DNA of 64,000 bases, taken from positions 576,001 to 640,000 of the forward strand of contig CBDEUS010000002.1 in assembly GCA_965243395.1 (NCBI GenBank), written 5' to 3'. A program made the position numbers and the translations under genes. Positions 21,011-31,100 of this stretch are shown here, piece by piece (position 1 is the first letter of the stretch; each line of letters starts with the position of its first letter). The notes under the pieces were generated by a model. That model had not been told where the DNA came from. It did no database searches and saw nothing but the letters and a program-made list of their open reading frames with translations. Origin of the DNA: Gammaproteobacteria bacterium. GTDB lineage: Bacteria > Pseudomonadota > Gammaproteobacteria > UBA4575.

Positions 21011-22168
21011 TTAGTAGTCTCTATTTTTAATCAATTCTTCAAGCATTGTTAATTGAGCTTGTTGAATGTTCGTTGTTAATTCTTCTGCACTTACTTTTTC
21101 ACGAATCCAGGTATCGATACTTACTTTCTCTATTTCCATTGCAATGCTTTGTAGCCATTTCTTTTGTTTATATGAACTATTTTTATGTGCACAGGTATAA
21201 ATAGCTTCACAGATATCTAATAAAATAATAAATCGCTCAGGATTTCTTCTAGCGTCTAATTTACGCAATAACTGTAATAGTTGCTCGGCATTTAAATGTA
21301 AACAGTTATGACAATCATCTTGCAAGGAAATAATTAGCGTTACGAGTTTTTTACAGACGTTGGGTAATGGAAATTCAAGGGTTAGTTTTTTAATATTTTC
21401 ATGGTTTTCATGTGCATGAAAATGCAAACCACCGACAAAGCTGGCAAAGCGTATATTTGCATCATTATATTTTTTGGTGATGACTTTTAGTGTTTCATGA
21501 CCAAGAGTGCTGCTCTCTGGGAGAGTCAGAGGATAATAAATATATGGAAAGACTTGTGCTAAGGCATTCGTTTCTTGTAATATAAGGAAAAACTCTCCAG
21601 GTGAATCCGTCGCTAATGCCTTAGAAGTTTCTTGCCATATTCTTTCAAGTGAAATTTCTCTTAATTCTCTCGTCGTTACTATCTGACGCATAAGTGATAA
21701 GGTTTCTTGATGAATTTCAAATCCAAGTGAGTGAAATTTTGCTGCAAAGCGTGCGATGCGTAATACCCTTAGTGGATCTTCCGCAAATGCATCAGAGACA
21801 TGACGTAACACTCTATTCTTAATGTCTTGTTGCCCGCCATAAGGATCTATAATTTCACCATTCTCACTTTGTGCGATAGCATTAATAGTGATATCACGCC
21901 GCGATAAGTCTTCTTCTAGTGTTACATCAGGTGCTGCATGTATTTCAAAACCATGATAGCCGCGACCTTGTTTTTTTTCGGTTCGAGCGAGTGCGTATTC
22001 TTCTTTACTTTCTGGATGTAAAAATACGGGAAAATTCTTGCCAACCGCTTTAAAGCCTTGAGTTTCCATTTCTTTGGGTGTAGCACCAACCACTACCCAG
22101 TCACGCTCAGTAATGGGCAACCCTAAAAGTTCATCACGTACAGCACCACCTACAAGATAAACTTCCAT
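21011..22168 (-). CDS. cca: CCA tRNA nucleotidyltransferase (no intact HD motif visible)
   Basis: YLVGGAVRD, ERDWVVVG, EEYALARTE, RRDITINA, EDPLRVLR. Confidence 0.93.
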   Translation of the reverse strand: MEVYLVGGAVRDELLGLPITERDWVVVGATPKEMETQGFKAVGKNFPVFLHPESKEEYALARTEKKQGRGYHGFEIHAAPDVTLEEDLSRRDITINAIAQSENGEIIDPYGGQQDIKNRVLRHVSDAFAEDPLRVLRIARFAAKFHSLGFEIHQETLSLMRQIVTTRELREISLERIWQETSKALATDSPGEFFLILQETNALAQVFPYIYYPLTLPESSTLGHETLKVITKKYNDANIRFASFVGGLHFHAHENHENIKKLTLEFPLPNVCKKLVTLIISLQDDCHNCLHLNAEQLLQLLRKLDARRNPERFIILLDICEAIYTCAHKNSSYKQKKWLQSIAMEIEKVSIDTWIREKVSAEELTTNIQQAQLTMLEELIKNRDY

Positions 22169-22201
22169 TACCAGAGCTCATTAGTATGATAATGTAAAAA
22201 C

Positions 22202-23260
22202 ATGTTAGGGAGCATGGCTAAAATATTTGTACTCGGATGCTTATTATTATTTTTTTCAGGTTGCACTACGATTGGTTATTATCATCAGTCTATTTCCGGG
22301 CATTTTAAACTAATTTCAAAACGTGAACCTATCGTTGATATCGTAAACGATTCGACACGAGACGAAAACTTAATTAAGCAATTACGCCTAGCTCAAGAAT
22401 TACGTTTGTTTGCAAGTAATAAGCTTAAATTGCCCGAAAACGACAGTTACCGTAGTTTTGTGCAATTAGATCGGCCTTATGTAACATGGAATGTATTTGC
22501 TGCTCCTGAGTTTTCTATTTCATTGCATCAATGGTGTTTTTTAGTCATAGGCTGTGTGCCTTACCGTGGATATTTTGACGAGCAAGATGCCCAGCGCTAT
22601 GCGGAACAACTTTCTACGCAAGGCTTAGACGTTTATGTTGCGGGTGTTCCAGCTTATTCAACACTTGGCTGGTTTGATGATCCATTGCTGAGTAGCATGC
22701 TGGATCGCGGTGAAATAGTTACTGCATCCTACATTTTTCATGAGCTTGCACACCAGCAGTTTTATCTTAAAGGGGATGGAGCATTTAATGAAGCCTTTGC
22801 AACATCAGTGGAAGAAATAGGGGTGTTGCTGTGGTTACATGAACAAAATCGTAAAGAGGAAGCTCGTAACTACGAAAACTGGTTAACGCAAAAAAAACTT
22901 TTTTCTTCATTTATTAAAACCAATCGTGATGAATTTGATGCCTTGTATCAAAAAGATTATGAATTGGAAAAAATGCAAGTTGAGAAAGAAATTCTAATTG
23001 CTGAAATGCGTAGAAAATTCTCTAAGTTAAGTAGTGAAAATAACCACATTGCAAGATATGAAAAGTGGATGTCGGGACCGCTCAATAACGCACAAATTGG
23101 CGCAATTTCTTTATATCGTGAACTAGTGCCCGCCTTTCGAAATCTTTTTACTTTATGTGATCGTGATTTTGAAAAATTTTATCTACAGGTTGAAGTCATT
23201 GCAAAGTCATCTGAGGAGGAGAGAATAGAGTTACTACAGTCTGCACAAAATTGCGCGTAG
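22202..23260 (+). CDS. Putative zinc aminopeptidase, lipoprotein
   Basis: Lipobox FSGC; GCVPYRGYF, AYSTLGWF.DP, HELAH, FNE.FA motifs. Confidence 0.85.
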   Translation: MLGSMAKIFVLGCLLLFFSGCTTIGYYHQSISGHFKLISKREPIVDIVNDSTRDENLIKQLRLAQELRLFASNKLKLPENDSYRSFVQLDRPYVTWNVFAAPEFSISLHQWCFLVIGCVPYRGYFDEQDAQRYAEQLSTQGLDVYVAGVPAYSTLGWFDDPLLSSMLDRGEIVTASYIFHELAHQQFYLKGDGAFNEAFATSVEEIGVLLWLHEQNRKEEARNYENWLTQKKLFSSFIKTNRDEFDALYQKDYELEKMQVEKEILIAEMRRKFSKLSSENNHIARYEKWMSGPLNNAQIGAISLYRELVPAFRNLFTLCDRDFEKFYLQVEVIAKSSEEERIELLQSAQNCA

Positions 23261-23285
23261 AAAATTTACTATGCGTAATTTCTTA

Positions 23286-24224
23286 TTAACGCTTGGCGCG
23301 AAATCGATCTAAAAGTGAATAACTTCTACCTTGTTGTAAATAACTAGGAACTATAGATTCTAGAGGTGTTGTACAAATTGATTCACTCACACATACACTA
23401 TCTTTTTGTAGAGAATAATAATTATCTATAGAGAACGGTTTACCTGGAACGAATTCAAGTATATTGGCCTGTAGTTTGGATAACCAATTTGGTAATCCTA
23501 TTATAACTCGCTTATGACCACTCATTGTCGCAACATATTTCACTAATTCTTTAAGACTATATTGTTTAGGTCCGCATAAATCGATTCTTTGCCCAAAGCT
23601 ACTCGTATCGGTGATTGAGTCAGCCATAATTTGGACCACATCATTTACATATACCGGCGCAAACTTTGTATTTGCACATGCAAGAGGTAATACGCCAGGG
23701 GTAAATTTTAATACGGATGCAAATCGATTTATAAATGAATCCTTAACGCCGAAAATAACTGAAGGTCTAAAACTTGTTACCGCGATTTTATTTGCCGCAA
23801 AGGTGTGGACATAATTTTCGGCTTCACCTTTAGTTCGCAAATAAAAGCTTTTCGCTTCCGGGTTTGCATTAAGTGCACTCATATGCAGCAATCTGCTTAC
23901 TTTGCAACTTGAACACATTGTGATGGCTTTACGAGCTAACTCAACGTGGGCAATGTGAAAACCATTACCCTTATGGCCTTTTTCGTTGAGGATTCCAATT
24001 AGATTAATGACGACATCGCAATCGTTAAAATGCTGCTTAAGATGTGTTTCATTTTGCACATCCGCCTGAATCAACTGTAAGCTTGGAAGTACAAGTAGTT
24101 CTCGATGTTGTTCGCGTCGTCGGGTCAGTACCTTAACTTGGTGGCCACGTTTCACCAATTCCGCACATAGGTGGCTGCCGACAAAACCCGTTCCCCCGAG
24201 TACACATATGCTTAAATTCTTCAT
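23286..24224 (-). CDS. NDUFA9-like NAD(P)-binding epimerase/dehydratase family protein
   Basis: GGTGFVG, VINLIGILNE, HMSAL, YLRTK, RPSVIFG. Confidence 0.9.
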   Translation of the reverse strand: MKNLSICVLGGTGFVGSHLCAELVKRGHQVKVLTRRREQHRELLVLPSLQLIQADVQNETHLKQHFNDCDVVINLIGILNEKGHKGNGFHIAHVELARKAITMCSSCKVSRLLHMSALNANPEAKSFYLRTKGEAENYVHTFAANKIAVTSFRPSVIFGVKDSFINRFASVLKFTPGVLPLACANTKFAPVYVNDVVQIMADSITDTSSFGQRIDLCGPKQYSLKELVKYVATMSGHKRVIIGLPNWLSKLQANILEFVPGKPFSIDNYYSLQKDSVCVSESICTTPLESIVPSYLQQGRSYSLLDRFRAKR

Positions 24225-24577
24225 TGAACAAAATGTATTGAAATATTCGTGTAAATTATGAATAAGCCTTTGCGCTTTTGATAGTTTAATCTCATGCTGT
24301 CAAAAATTTGCCTTGTTCATGAGTGGGGAGGTAAAGATAAGATAGAAAGCCGGGCATTATGTAGGCTAAAAAATCACCACTAGGGGCCCTGTAACAGCTA
24401 AAAAGACTGCATTCATCGGCAAATATAGCCGAATTTAAGCCTCAATCTAGTAAAGGCTTGTAATCACTTAAAGAATGCATAAAAATACGCCTATCAACTT
24501 TTGACCCCCTTGAGCGCACCATTCCAGGTGTTCTATTTCAAAAACAAAGTTTATTTTATTGATTGGAGTTTTAATAA

Positions 24578-24904
24578 GTGAGCGAAAATATTTGTCATGT
24601 GACGGATGACAGTTTTGAAGAAGAAGTATTAAAAAGCGAGCAACCTGTATTGGTTGATTATTGGGCAGAGTGGTGTGGCCCGTGCAAAATGATTGCTCCA
24701 TTATTAGATGAAATCGCGGGTGATTATGAAGGTAAATTAAAAATTACCAAGTTAAACATCGATGATAATCCGAATACGCCACCAAAATATGGTATACGTG
24801 GAATACCCACACTAATGATTTTCAAAAACGGTAACGCTGAAGCAACGAAAGTGGGTGCGTTATCAAAATCGCAATTAACTGCGTTCATTGATCAAAGTAT
24901 TTAA
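24578..24904 (+). CDS. trxA: Thioredoxin 1
   Basis: [20 protein letters not shown]; upstream of rho. Confidence 0.98.
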   Translation: MSENICHVTDDSFEEEVLKSEQPVLVDYWAEWCGPCKMIAPLLDEIAGDYEGKLKITKLNIDDNPNTPPKYGIRGIPTLMIFKNGNAEATKVGALSKSQLTAFIDQSI

Positions 24905-25153
24905 TTTAAGAACCCATCCATTAACCTCTACATTTTTAGAAATTAAATAAATATAAAACCGACCGCATCAACTAATAATTCAAAATTACACTAGAAATTA
25001 GTTCAGAATTTTTCTAGTAATCGCTAGATAAATAACAGGCTATTTTCTAAATTAATAACGCTACTAAAGCGTAAACCTTGCAAACAGTGCGCCACTGTAT
25101 TGCTTTAAACACATACACCTTTTAAACATCTACCAAATAACGAATATACGCAC
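24905..25153 (+). promoter_or_regulatory. Long C-rich, G-poor rho leader (probable autoregulatory rut region)
   Basis: 249-nt untranslated gap with visible C>G skew and hairpins (ACTAGAAA...TTTCTAGT; ACAGTG-CGC-CACTGT); Rho autoregulation through its leader is established in E. coli. Confidence 0.45.
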
Positions 25154-26410
25154 ATGAACTTAACAGAATTAAAGAAAAAACCAGCATCGGAGTTAATCGA
25201 TATTGCTGCAGAAATGAAGATAGACAATCTATCTCGCTCACGTAAACAAGACATTATTTTTGCAATACTCAAGGCGCATGCAAAAAATGGTGAAGATATT
25301 CTTGGTGATGGTGTTCTTGAAATTTTGCAAGATGGGTTTGGGTTTTTGCGTTCTTCTGATTGTTCTTACTTAGCGGGCCCAGATGATATCTATGTCTCAC
25401 CAAGCCAAATACGACGTTTTGGTTTACGTACAGGAGATACGATTTCAGGGAAAATTCGCCCACCTAAAGATAGTGAACGTTATTTTGCAATGCTCAAAGT
25501 TGACAAGATCAACTTTGATAAACCGGAAAATGCTAAGCGCAAAATATTATTTGAAAACTTAACTCCATTACATCCCGACCAGCGTTTAAAGCTTGAGCGT
25601 GGTAATGGTAGTACTGAAGATATTACTGCGCGCATTATTGATATTTGTGCACCAATCGGAAAGGGCCAACGCGGTCTAATCGTATCCCCGCCAAAAGCGG
25701 GAAAAACATTAATGCTGCAAAATATTGCGCAAAGCATTACTTCCAATCATCCCGAATGTTTCTTGATTGTATTGTTAATTGATGAAAGACCCGAAGAAGT
25801 GACAGAAATGTCTCGCATGGTACAAGGTGAGGTGGTATCCAGTACTTTCGATGAGCCAGCAAGCAGACATGTTCAAGTTGCAGAAATGGTAATTGAAAAA
25901 GCTAAGCGGTTAGTTGAGCATAAAAAAGATGTCGTCATTTTATTAGATTCTATTACACGCCTAGCACGTGCATATAACACTGTCGTACCAGCATCGGGCA
26001 AAGTATTAACGGGTGGTGTTGATGCTAATGCATTACAACGACCTAAGCGCTTCTTTGGTGCTGCACGAAATATTGAAGAAGGTGGCAGCCTTACTATTCT
26101 CGCTACCGCACTTGTTGAAACCGGTTCTAAAATGGATGAAGTTATTTATGAGGAATTTAAAGGTACAGGTAACATGGAAATCCACATGGACCGTCGCATC
26201 GCAGAAAAACGAGTCTTTCCTGCGATAAATATCAATAGATCGGGTACGCGTCGTGAAGAATTGATCACTGACCAAGACGAGCTACAAAAGATTTGGGTGC
26301 TGAGAAAATTCTTGCATCCTATGGATGAAATTGAAGCGATGGATTTCATGCTGGGGCGTATGCAAACCACAAAAACCAATGATGAATTTTTCGAAGCAAT
26401 GAAAAGATAG
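25154..26410 (+). CDS. rho: Transcription termination factor Rho
   Basis: [32 protein letters not shown]. Confidence 0.99.
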   Translation: MNLTELKKKPASELIDIAAEMKIDNLSRSRKQDIIFAILKAHAKNGEDILGDGVLEILQDGFGFLRSSDCSYLAGPDDIYVSPSQIRRFGLRTGDTISGKIRPPKDSERYFAMLKVDKINFDKPENAKRKILFENLTPLHPDQRLKLERGNGSTEDITARIIDICAPIGKGQRGLIVSPPKAGKTLMLQNIAQSITSNHPECFLIVLLIDERPEEVTEMSRMVQGEVVSSTFDEPASRHVQVAEMVIEKAKRLVEHKKDVVILLDSITRLARAYNTVVPASGKVLTGGVDANALQRPKRFFGAARNIEEGGSLTILATALVETGSKMDEVIYEEFKGTGNMEIHMDRRIAEKRVFPAININRSGTRREELITDQDELQKIWVLRKFLHPMDEIEAMDFMLGRMQTTKTNDEFFEAMKR

Positions 26411-26460
26411 GTTTAAGAGACTTTCAAATGGAATAACAAGGTTGCTATCAAACAATTGAT

Positions 26461-27051
26461 CTATTTTTTATTTTCTAGAACCTGAAACACTCGGTCTAAC
26501 ATATTGTCAATTGTCTCTGAACTGGATTGTAGTTGGGCGAGCACTCGGTAGCCAAATAATAAAGTCATTAAAAAACGAGCTAATTGAATAGGGTCTTCAT
26601 CGCATATAAGCTCCTCATTTTCCTGAGCCTTAACGAGTAAGACGTAAATTCGTGATTCAATTTCTTGCAACTTAAGTTGTACGTAGTAACGTAATTCTTT
26701 CTCAGTTTCTGGAATTTCAAAGGCACCATGTACTAATAAACAATGCGCATCAGGCGTTCTATTTGTGCTGTTATCTGCCACCAAATTAAAAAAACTTCTT
26801 AATGCATCAAGACTTCTGGCATGTTGCTTTGCACAGTCGTCTATCAAGTCAATTTGGCGTTTAGTGTAGTGTTCTATTACTTCAGTATATAAACCTGATT
26901 TGTTTACAAATGCTGAATAGATGCTACCAGGTTGTAGCCCTGTCGCTTTTGTTATGTCCTTAATGGTTGTGCGTTGAAATCCGTTACGCAAGAAAATTTT
27001 TGAAGCTTTATCAAGTACATCGCTTCTTTCGAATGCAGGTTGCCTCCCCAT
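26461..27051 (-). CDS. TetR/AcrR family transcriptional regulator
   Basis: MGRQPAF N-terminus, HTH TGLQPGSIYSAFVNKSGL, HCLLV C-terminal domain motif. Confidence 0.93.
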   Translation of the reverse strand: MGRQPAFERSDVLDKASKIFLRNGFQRTTIKDITKATGLQPGSIYSAFVNKSGLYTEVIEHYTKRQIDLIDDCAKQHARSLDALRSFFNLVADNSTNRTPDAHCLLVHGAFEIPETEKELRYYVQLKLQEIESRIYVLLVKAQENEELICDEDPIQLARFLMTLLFGYRVLAQLQSSSETIDNMLDRVFQVLENKK

Positions 27052-27097
27052 ACTAGTATATCCCTAAACATTAGAATTACATTCTTAAAACTATGCT

Positions 27098-27124
27098 TTG
27101 TTCATTAAGATTATTAATGAACAA
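27098..27124. promoter_or_regulatory. Inverted repeat TTGTTCATTAA-N5-TTAATGAACAA, candidate operator
   Basis: Perfect 11-bp arms about 50 bp upstream of the TetR start. Confidence 0.5.
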
Positions 27125-27370
27125 GTAATCAATTATTAAAGTAAATAAATGCAAATGTAGATTATTTCTTATCAATATAAATAATTTGTAATAACTGTCA
27201 ATGCAAGATTGTTGAATCACTAATGATTTGTGAAATAAATAAGCTTATTCAAATAAAATAAGCAAGAGTATGTGTGTAAGGTTATAAATATGAGTAGTTT
27301 ATGCACAATTTAATTTGCATAAAATTGTGCAAATTAAAGAAGTTTAAACTGAATGAAATTGAAAAAATTA

Positions 27371-27386
27371 TTGAGCAAATGCTCAA
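27371..27386. promoter_or_regulatory. Palindrome TTGAGCA-AA-TGCTCAA, candidate TetR operator
   Basis: Perfect 7-bp arms in the AT-rich region upstream of the TetR gene. Confidence 0.45.
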
Positions 27387-27395
27387 GTATTTATA

Positions 27396-27673
27396 TTAAA
27401 TTGCTTTAAAGCCAATGTCTTTTCGATAAAATATATCAGGCCATGAAATTTGTTTTGTTAGTTCGTAAGCATTCTGCTGAGCTTCGCTAACCGAATCTCC
27501 AAGTGCAGTCGCAGCAGAAGGCCCATAAATTTTCAATGCATCTTTTTGAAATTCATCCACAAAACCTTCAACTAAAGGCGCTTCAGGTTCGACAATAGTT
27601 AAGTCAATGTTGTTTTGTAGCGCGAAAGATTTAAGAGCAGGTATATCTTCAGCATCAATAGCTATGTTTTCAG
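27396..27673 (-). pseudogene. purD: Internally deleted second copy of purD
   Basis: 27503-27673 is nearly identical to 35595-35765 and about 27423-27513 to 34648-34738. The junction is at the 11-nt microhomology GTGCAGTTGCA. The copy ends WPDIFYRKDIGFKAI*. Confidence 0.92.
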
Positions 27674-27683
27674 GTATAAACTC

Positions 27684-27905
27684 CTAGCCATATTCATCCG
27701 TTACTTTAACTTGCCAACCATGCATTTGCCGTATCGGCAAGTGATCGAAATCAGTTGAAAAATTGAGTTTATAAAATCCATGTTCGGTCGTGATTGATTC
27801 TTCAAATGCATATACAGATGTGAATGCAATAAATAATGTAAATATACAAAATAAGTTGATTTTCATTCGATGGATGAGATTAGTTAATAAAAAATAATTA
27901 AACAA
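27684..27905 (-). pseudogene. Truncated secreted protein, YtkA/FixH-like N-terminal fragment
   Basis: Signal peptide ending VYA, then HGFYKLNFSTDFDHLPIRQMHGWQVKVTDEYG; TAG stop lies 10 nt from the purD fragment. Family assignment is from recalled resemblance only. Confidence 0.5.
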
Positions 27906-28172
27906 TTCATATTAAGTAATCGAAGTAAATCATTATTTAAGGGTGAACTTTTTTATAAAAAATTAAGGCGATGTATTAATATTTTTAAAAAATAATATAA
28001 ATATTTAACATAACTTTTGCGTAGTTCTAAATATAGCTGCTTAAATTTTAAAAAATACAGACTTATTTAAATATTGCTATATGCACAAATTTTGTAAACA
28101 AGTTACAATTAAAATACATAATAAAAATAATAACTACAAAGAGGCTAGTAAATATATTCATATGTTTAACTA

Positions 28173-31100
28173 ATGCATAAAGTAATTTACCTTTTAGGTT
28201 TTTTGGTAAAGTATTTTTGCTTTTTTGTATTAATTATTTTATCTGGCGTATCTTTCTCAGCGCCTGAAGACCCGCAAGAAGGAGGCGCCTGGGGTCCAGT
28301 AATTCCAGCCCCATTAGTTGCTGTCTCTGCTGCAAATCTTCCTGATGGCAGAATTCTAATGTGGTCGGCTAATGAACGAACAAATTTTAGAAACTCGACA
28401 ATTGAGTTTGCCTATACCGCGGTTTGGGACCCTCAAAGTAACAGTTTTCTCGAGATTCCTCACCTCACCCACGATGTATTTTGTGCCCATCAAGTGTTAC
28501 TTGAAGATGGACGTGTTTTTGTAAATGGGGGTCGCAATCGGTCAGATAGCCCATGGACTAGTATTTTTGATCCATCTACTAACCAATGGGTGCAACTCAA
28601 TAACATGAATAGAGGTCGTTGGTATCCTACAACAGTTGCATTACCAAATGGCACCGTTATGACTTCACTCGGTAGTGGCGGGGGGAATACGGGAGAGCTT
28701 TGGGATGGATCTAGTACTTGGAATTATATAGGTGGTATCAATTTTGATGAGCCGATATTGAATTTCCCGCATCCTGAAGCTAAATGGTGGCCTATCATGC
28801 ATGTGGCGCCTGACGGTCGTATTTTTCATTCTGGACCTACACCTGACATGCATATAATTGATCTTTCTGGAATAGGATCTATCACACAAACAAACACACA
28901 CAACGATTGGTACCCAAAACATGGCACAACAGTTATGTATGACGAGGGTAAATTACTTGTTGCAGGTGGATGGGCTGATGAAAGTGATACGACAAGCGTA
29001 AATAATGCAATGGTTATTGATTTAAATAACCCAAGTCCGCAAATAACGCCCATTGCTCCCATGATTCATTCTAGAAAATTTCACAGTGGAGTTACTTTGC
29101 CAAATGGAGAGGTATTAATAGTGGGAGGCAATACCTCAGGCAAAAAAACTAACGATGAAGGCTCAATTTATTCCGTAGAAATTTGGAATCCCAATACAGG
29201 ATTATGGCGCGAGGGTGCATCGATGAGTATTCCTCGTAATTATCATTCAGTAGTACTTCTCATGTTAGATGGCCGGGTTTATGCAGGTGGTGGGGGTCTA
29301 TGTGATTGTAGTGCAGATCATCAGGATCAGCAGATTTATTCTCCGCCATATTTATTTAATCCAGATGGCACCGTGGCTACACGCCCAATAATATTTAGTG
29401 TTCCAAGCGTGGTAGAGGCGGGTCAAACCATCAACGTTTCTGCAACACCGGGATTATCGCAATTTTCTATTGTAAAGATGTCTTCTGCAACACATGCAAT
29501 TAATACAGATTTGCGTTATTTGCCCGTCGTAATGAATGAGGTAAGTGCTGGAGATTATGAACTTACATTACATTCAAATATTAATGTAATGACACCAGGT
29601 TATTGGATGTTATTTGGATTGAATCCTCAAGGAACCCCTTCAGTTGCAAAAGCTATTCGAGTTTCAACACAAGGCCTTGAAACTGGTCCACCTAGTTTAA
29701 AACAAATGTCGGATAAAATTAGTGACCAAGATGAAGTTATTAACTTAACTCTAGTGGCTAATGATCCAGACGGCGACACATTAACTTTTTCTGCTACTGG
29801 TTTACCACAAGGATTATCACTTGATAGTGCTAGCGGTGTAATAAATGGATTAACAGAGCAGACTGGCATTTATAACACTTCTATTACAGTGGATGATGGT
29901 AATGGGGGGAGTGCGAACACATCGTTTTCATGGACAGTGCAAAGTGGAGGTGGAGGTGGAGGTGGGCCACCTCAAACTGAAACATTCGAATTTGAAAACC
30001 TGTTGGTAGCCGATAGCGATGGCACAACAAACTCTTCAATTGCTTCATCGGGCGCGGCAAGTAACGGTCAATACTTTTTATATCACAGCAATGCGGTCGG
30101 TGAATACGTTACGTTCCCGATAACCACGCCAAATACTGGTGCACATGATTTTGAGTTGCGCTATCACTTATCAAAATATCGTGGCACATTCCGAGTAGAG
30201 GTTGCCGATAATCTAAGTGGTCCCTACACTCAGATTGGCGTTATGAATGATACGGTCAGCAATGGCAGTTCTGTTCGTAGCCTATCCATGACAACCACAT
30301 TTAGTAGTGCGGGGACTAAGTATCTACGCTTCACCGTCACCGGATCGAGTCCTATAGGTAATGAGCGTATGGGCTTAGATAAAGTTGATGTGACCTCTAG
30401 TGGCGGGGGTGGATCAAACAACAATCCACCGACGATTACAACACCTGGGGCACAAACGAATAACGAAGGCGATGGCGTAAGTGGGTTTTTTATTACTGCG
30501 AATGATCCGGATGGTGATACCTTAATCTTTAGCGAGAGTGGACTGCCAACAGGATTAACAATTAATCCAAGTACTGGTGAGATTACAGGATCTACTACAA
30601 CAGCAGGCAGTTTTAATCCAACCATTACAGTGGATGATGGTAATGGGGGGAGTGCGAACACATCGTTTTCATGGACAGTGCAAAGTGTAGGCGGCAACAA
30701 TCCACCGACGATTACAACACCTGGGGCACAAACGAATAACGAAGGCGATGGCGTAAGTGGGTTTTTTATTACTGCGAATGATCCGGATGGTGATACCTTA
30801 ATCTTTAGCGAGAGTGGACTGCCAACAGGATTAACAATTAATCCAAGTACTGGTGAGATTACAGGATCTACTACAACAGCAGGCAGTTTTAATCCAACCA
30901 TTACAGTGGATGATGGTAATGGGGGGAGTGCGAACACATCGTTTTCATGGACAGTGCAAAGTGGAGGTGGAGGTGGAGGTGGGCCACCTCAAACTGAAAC
31001 ATTCGAATTTGAAAACCTGTTGGTAGCCGATAGCGATGGCACAACAAACTCTTCAATTGCTTCATCGGGCGCGGCAAGTAACGGTCAATACTTTTTATAT

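Noticed and set aside
27396-27673. purD copy as a diversity-generating retroelement template repeat
   Set aside because: Mismatches are not confined to adenines on one strand, there is no reverse transcriptase in the window, and the copy has a deletion junction.
27684-27686. TAG read-through (pyrrolysine) making a signal peptide-PurD chimera
   Set aside because: No pyl genes seen, the downstream part lacks the ATP-grasp core and has a mutated VGPE motif, and in-frame fusion occurs by chance one time in three.
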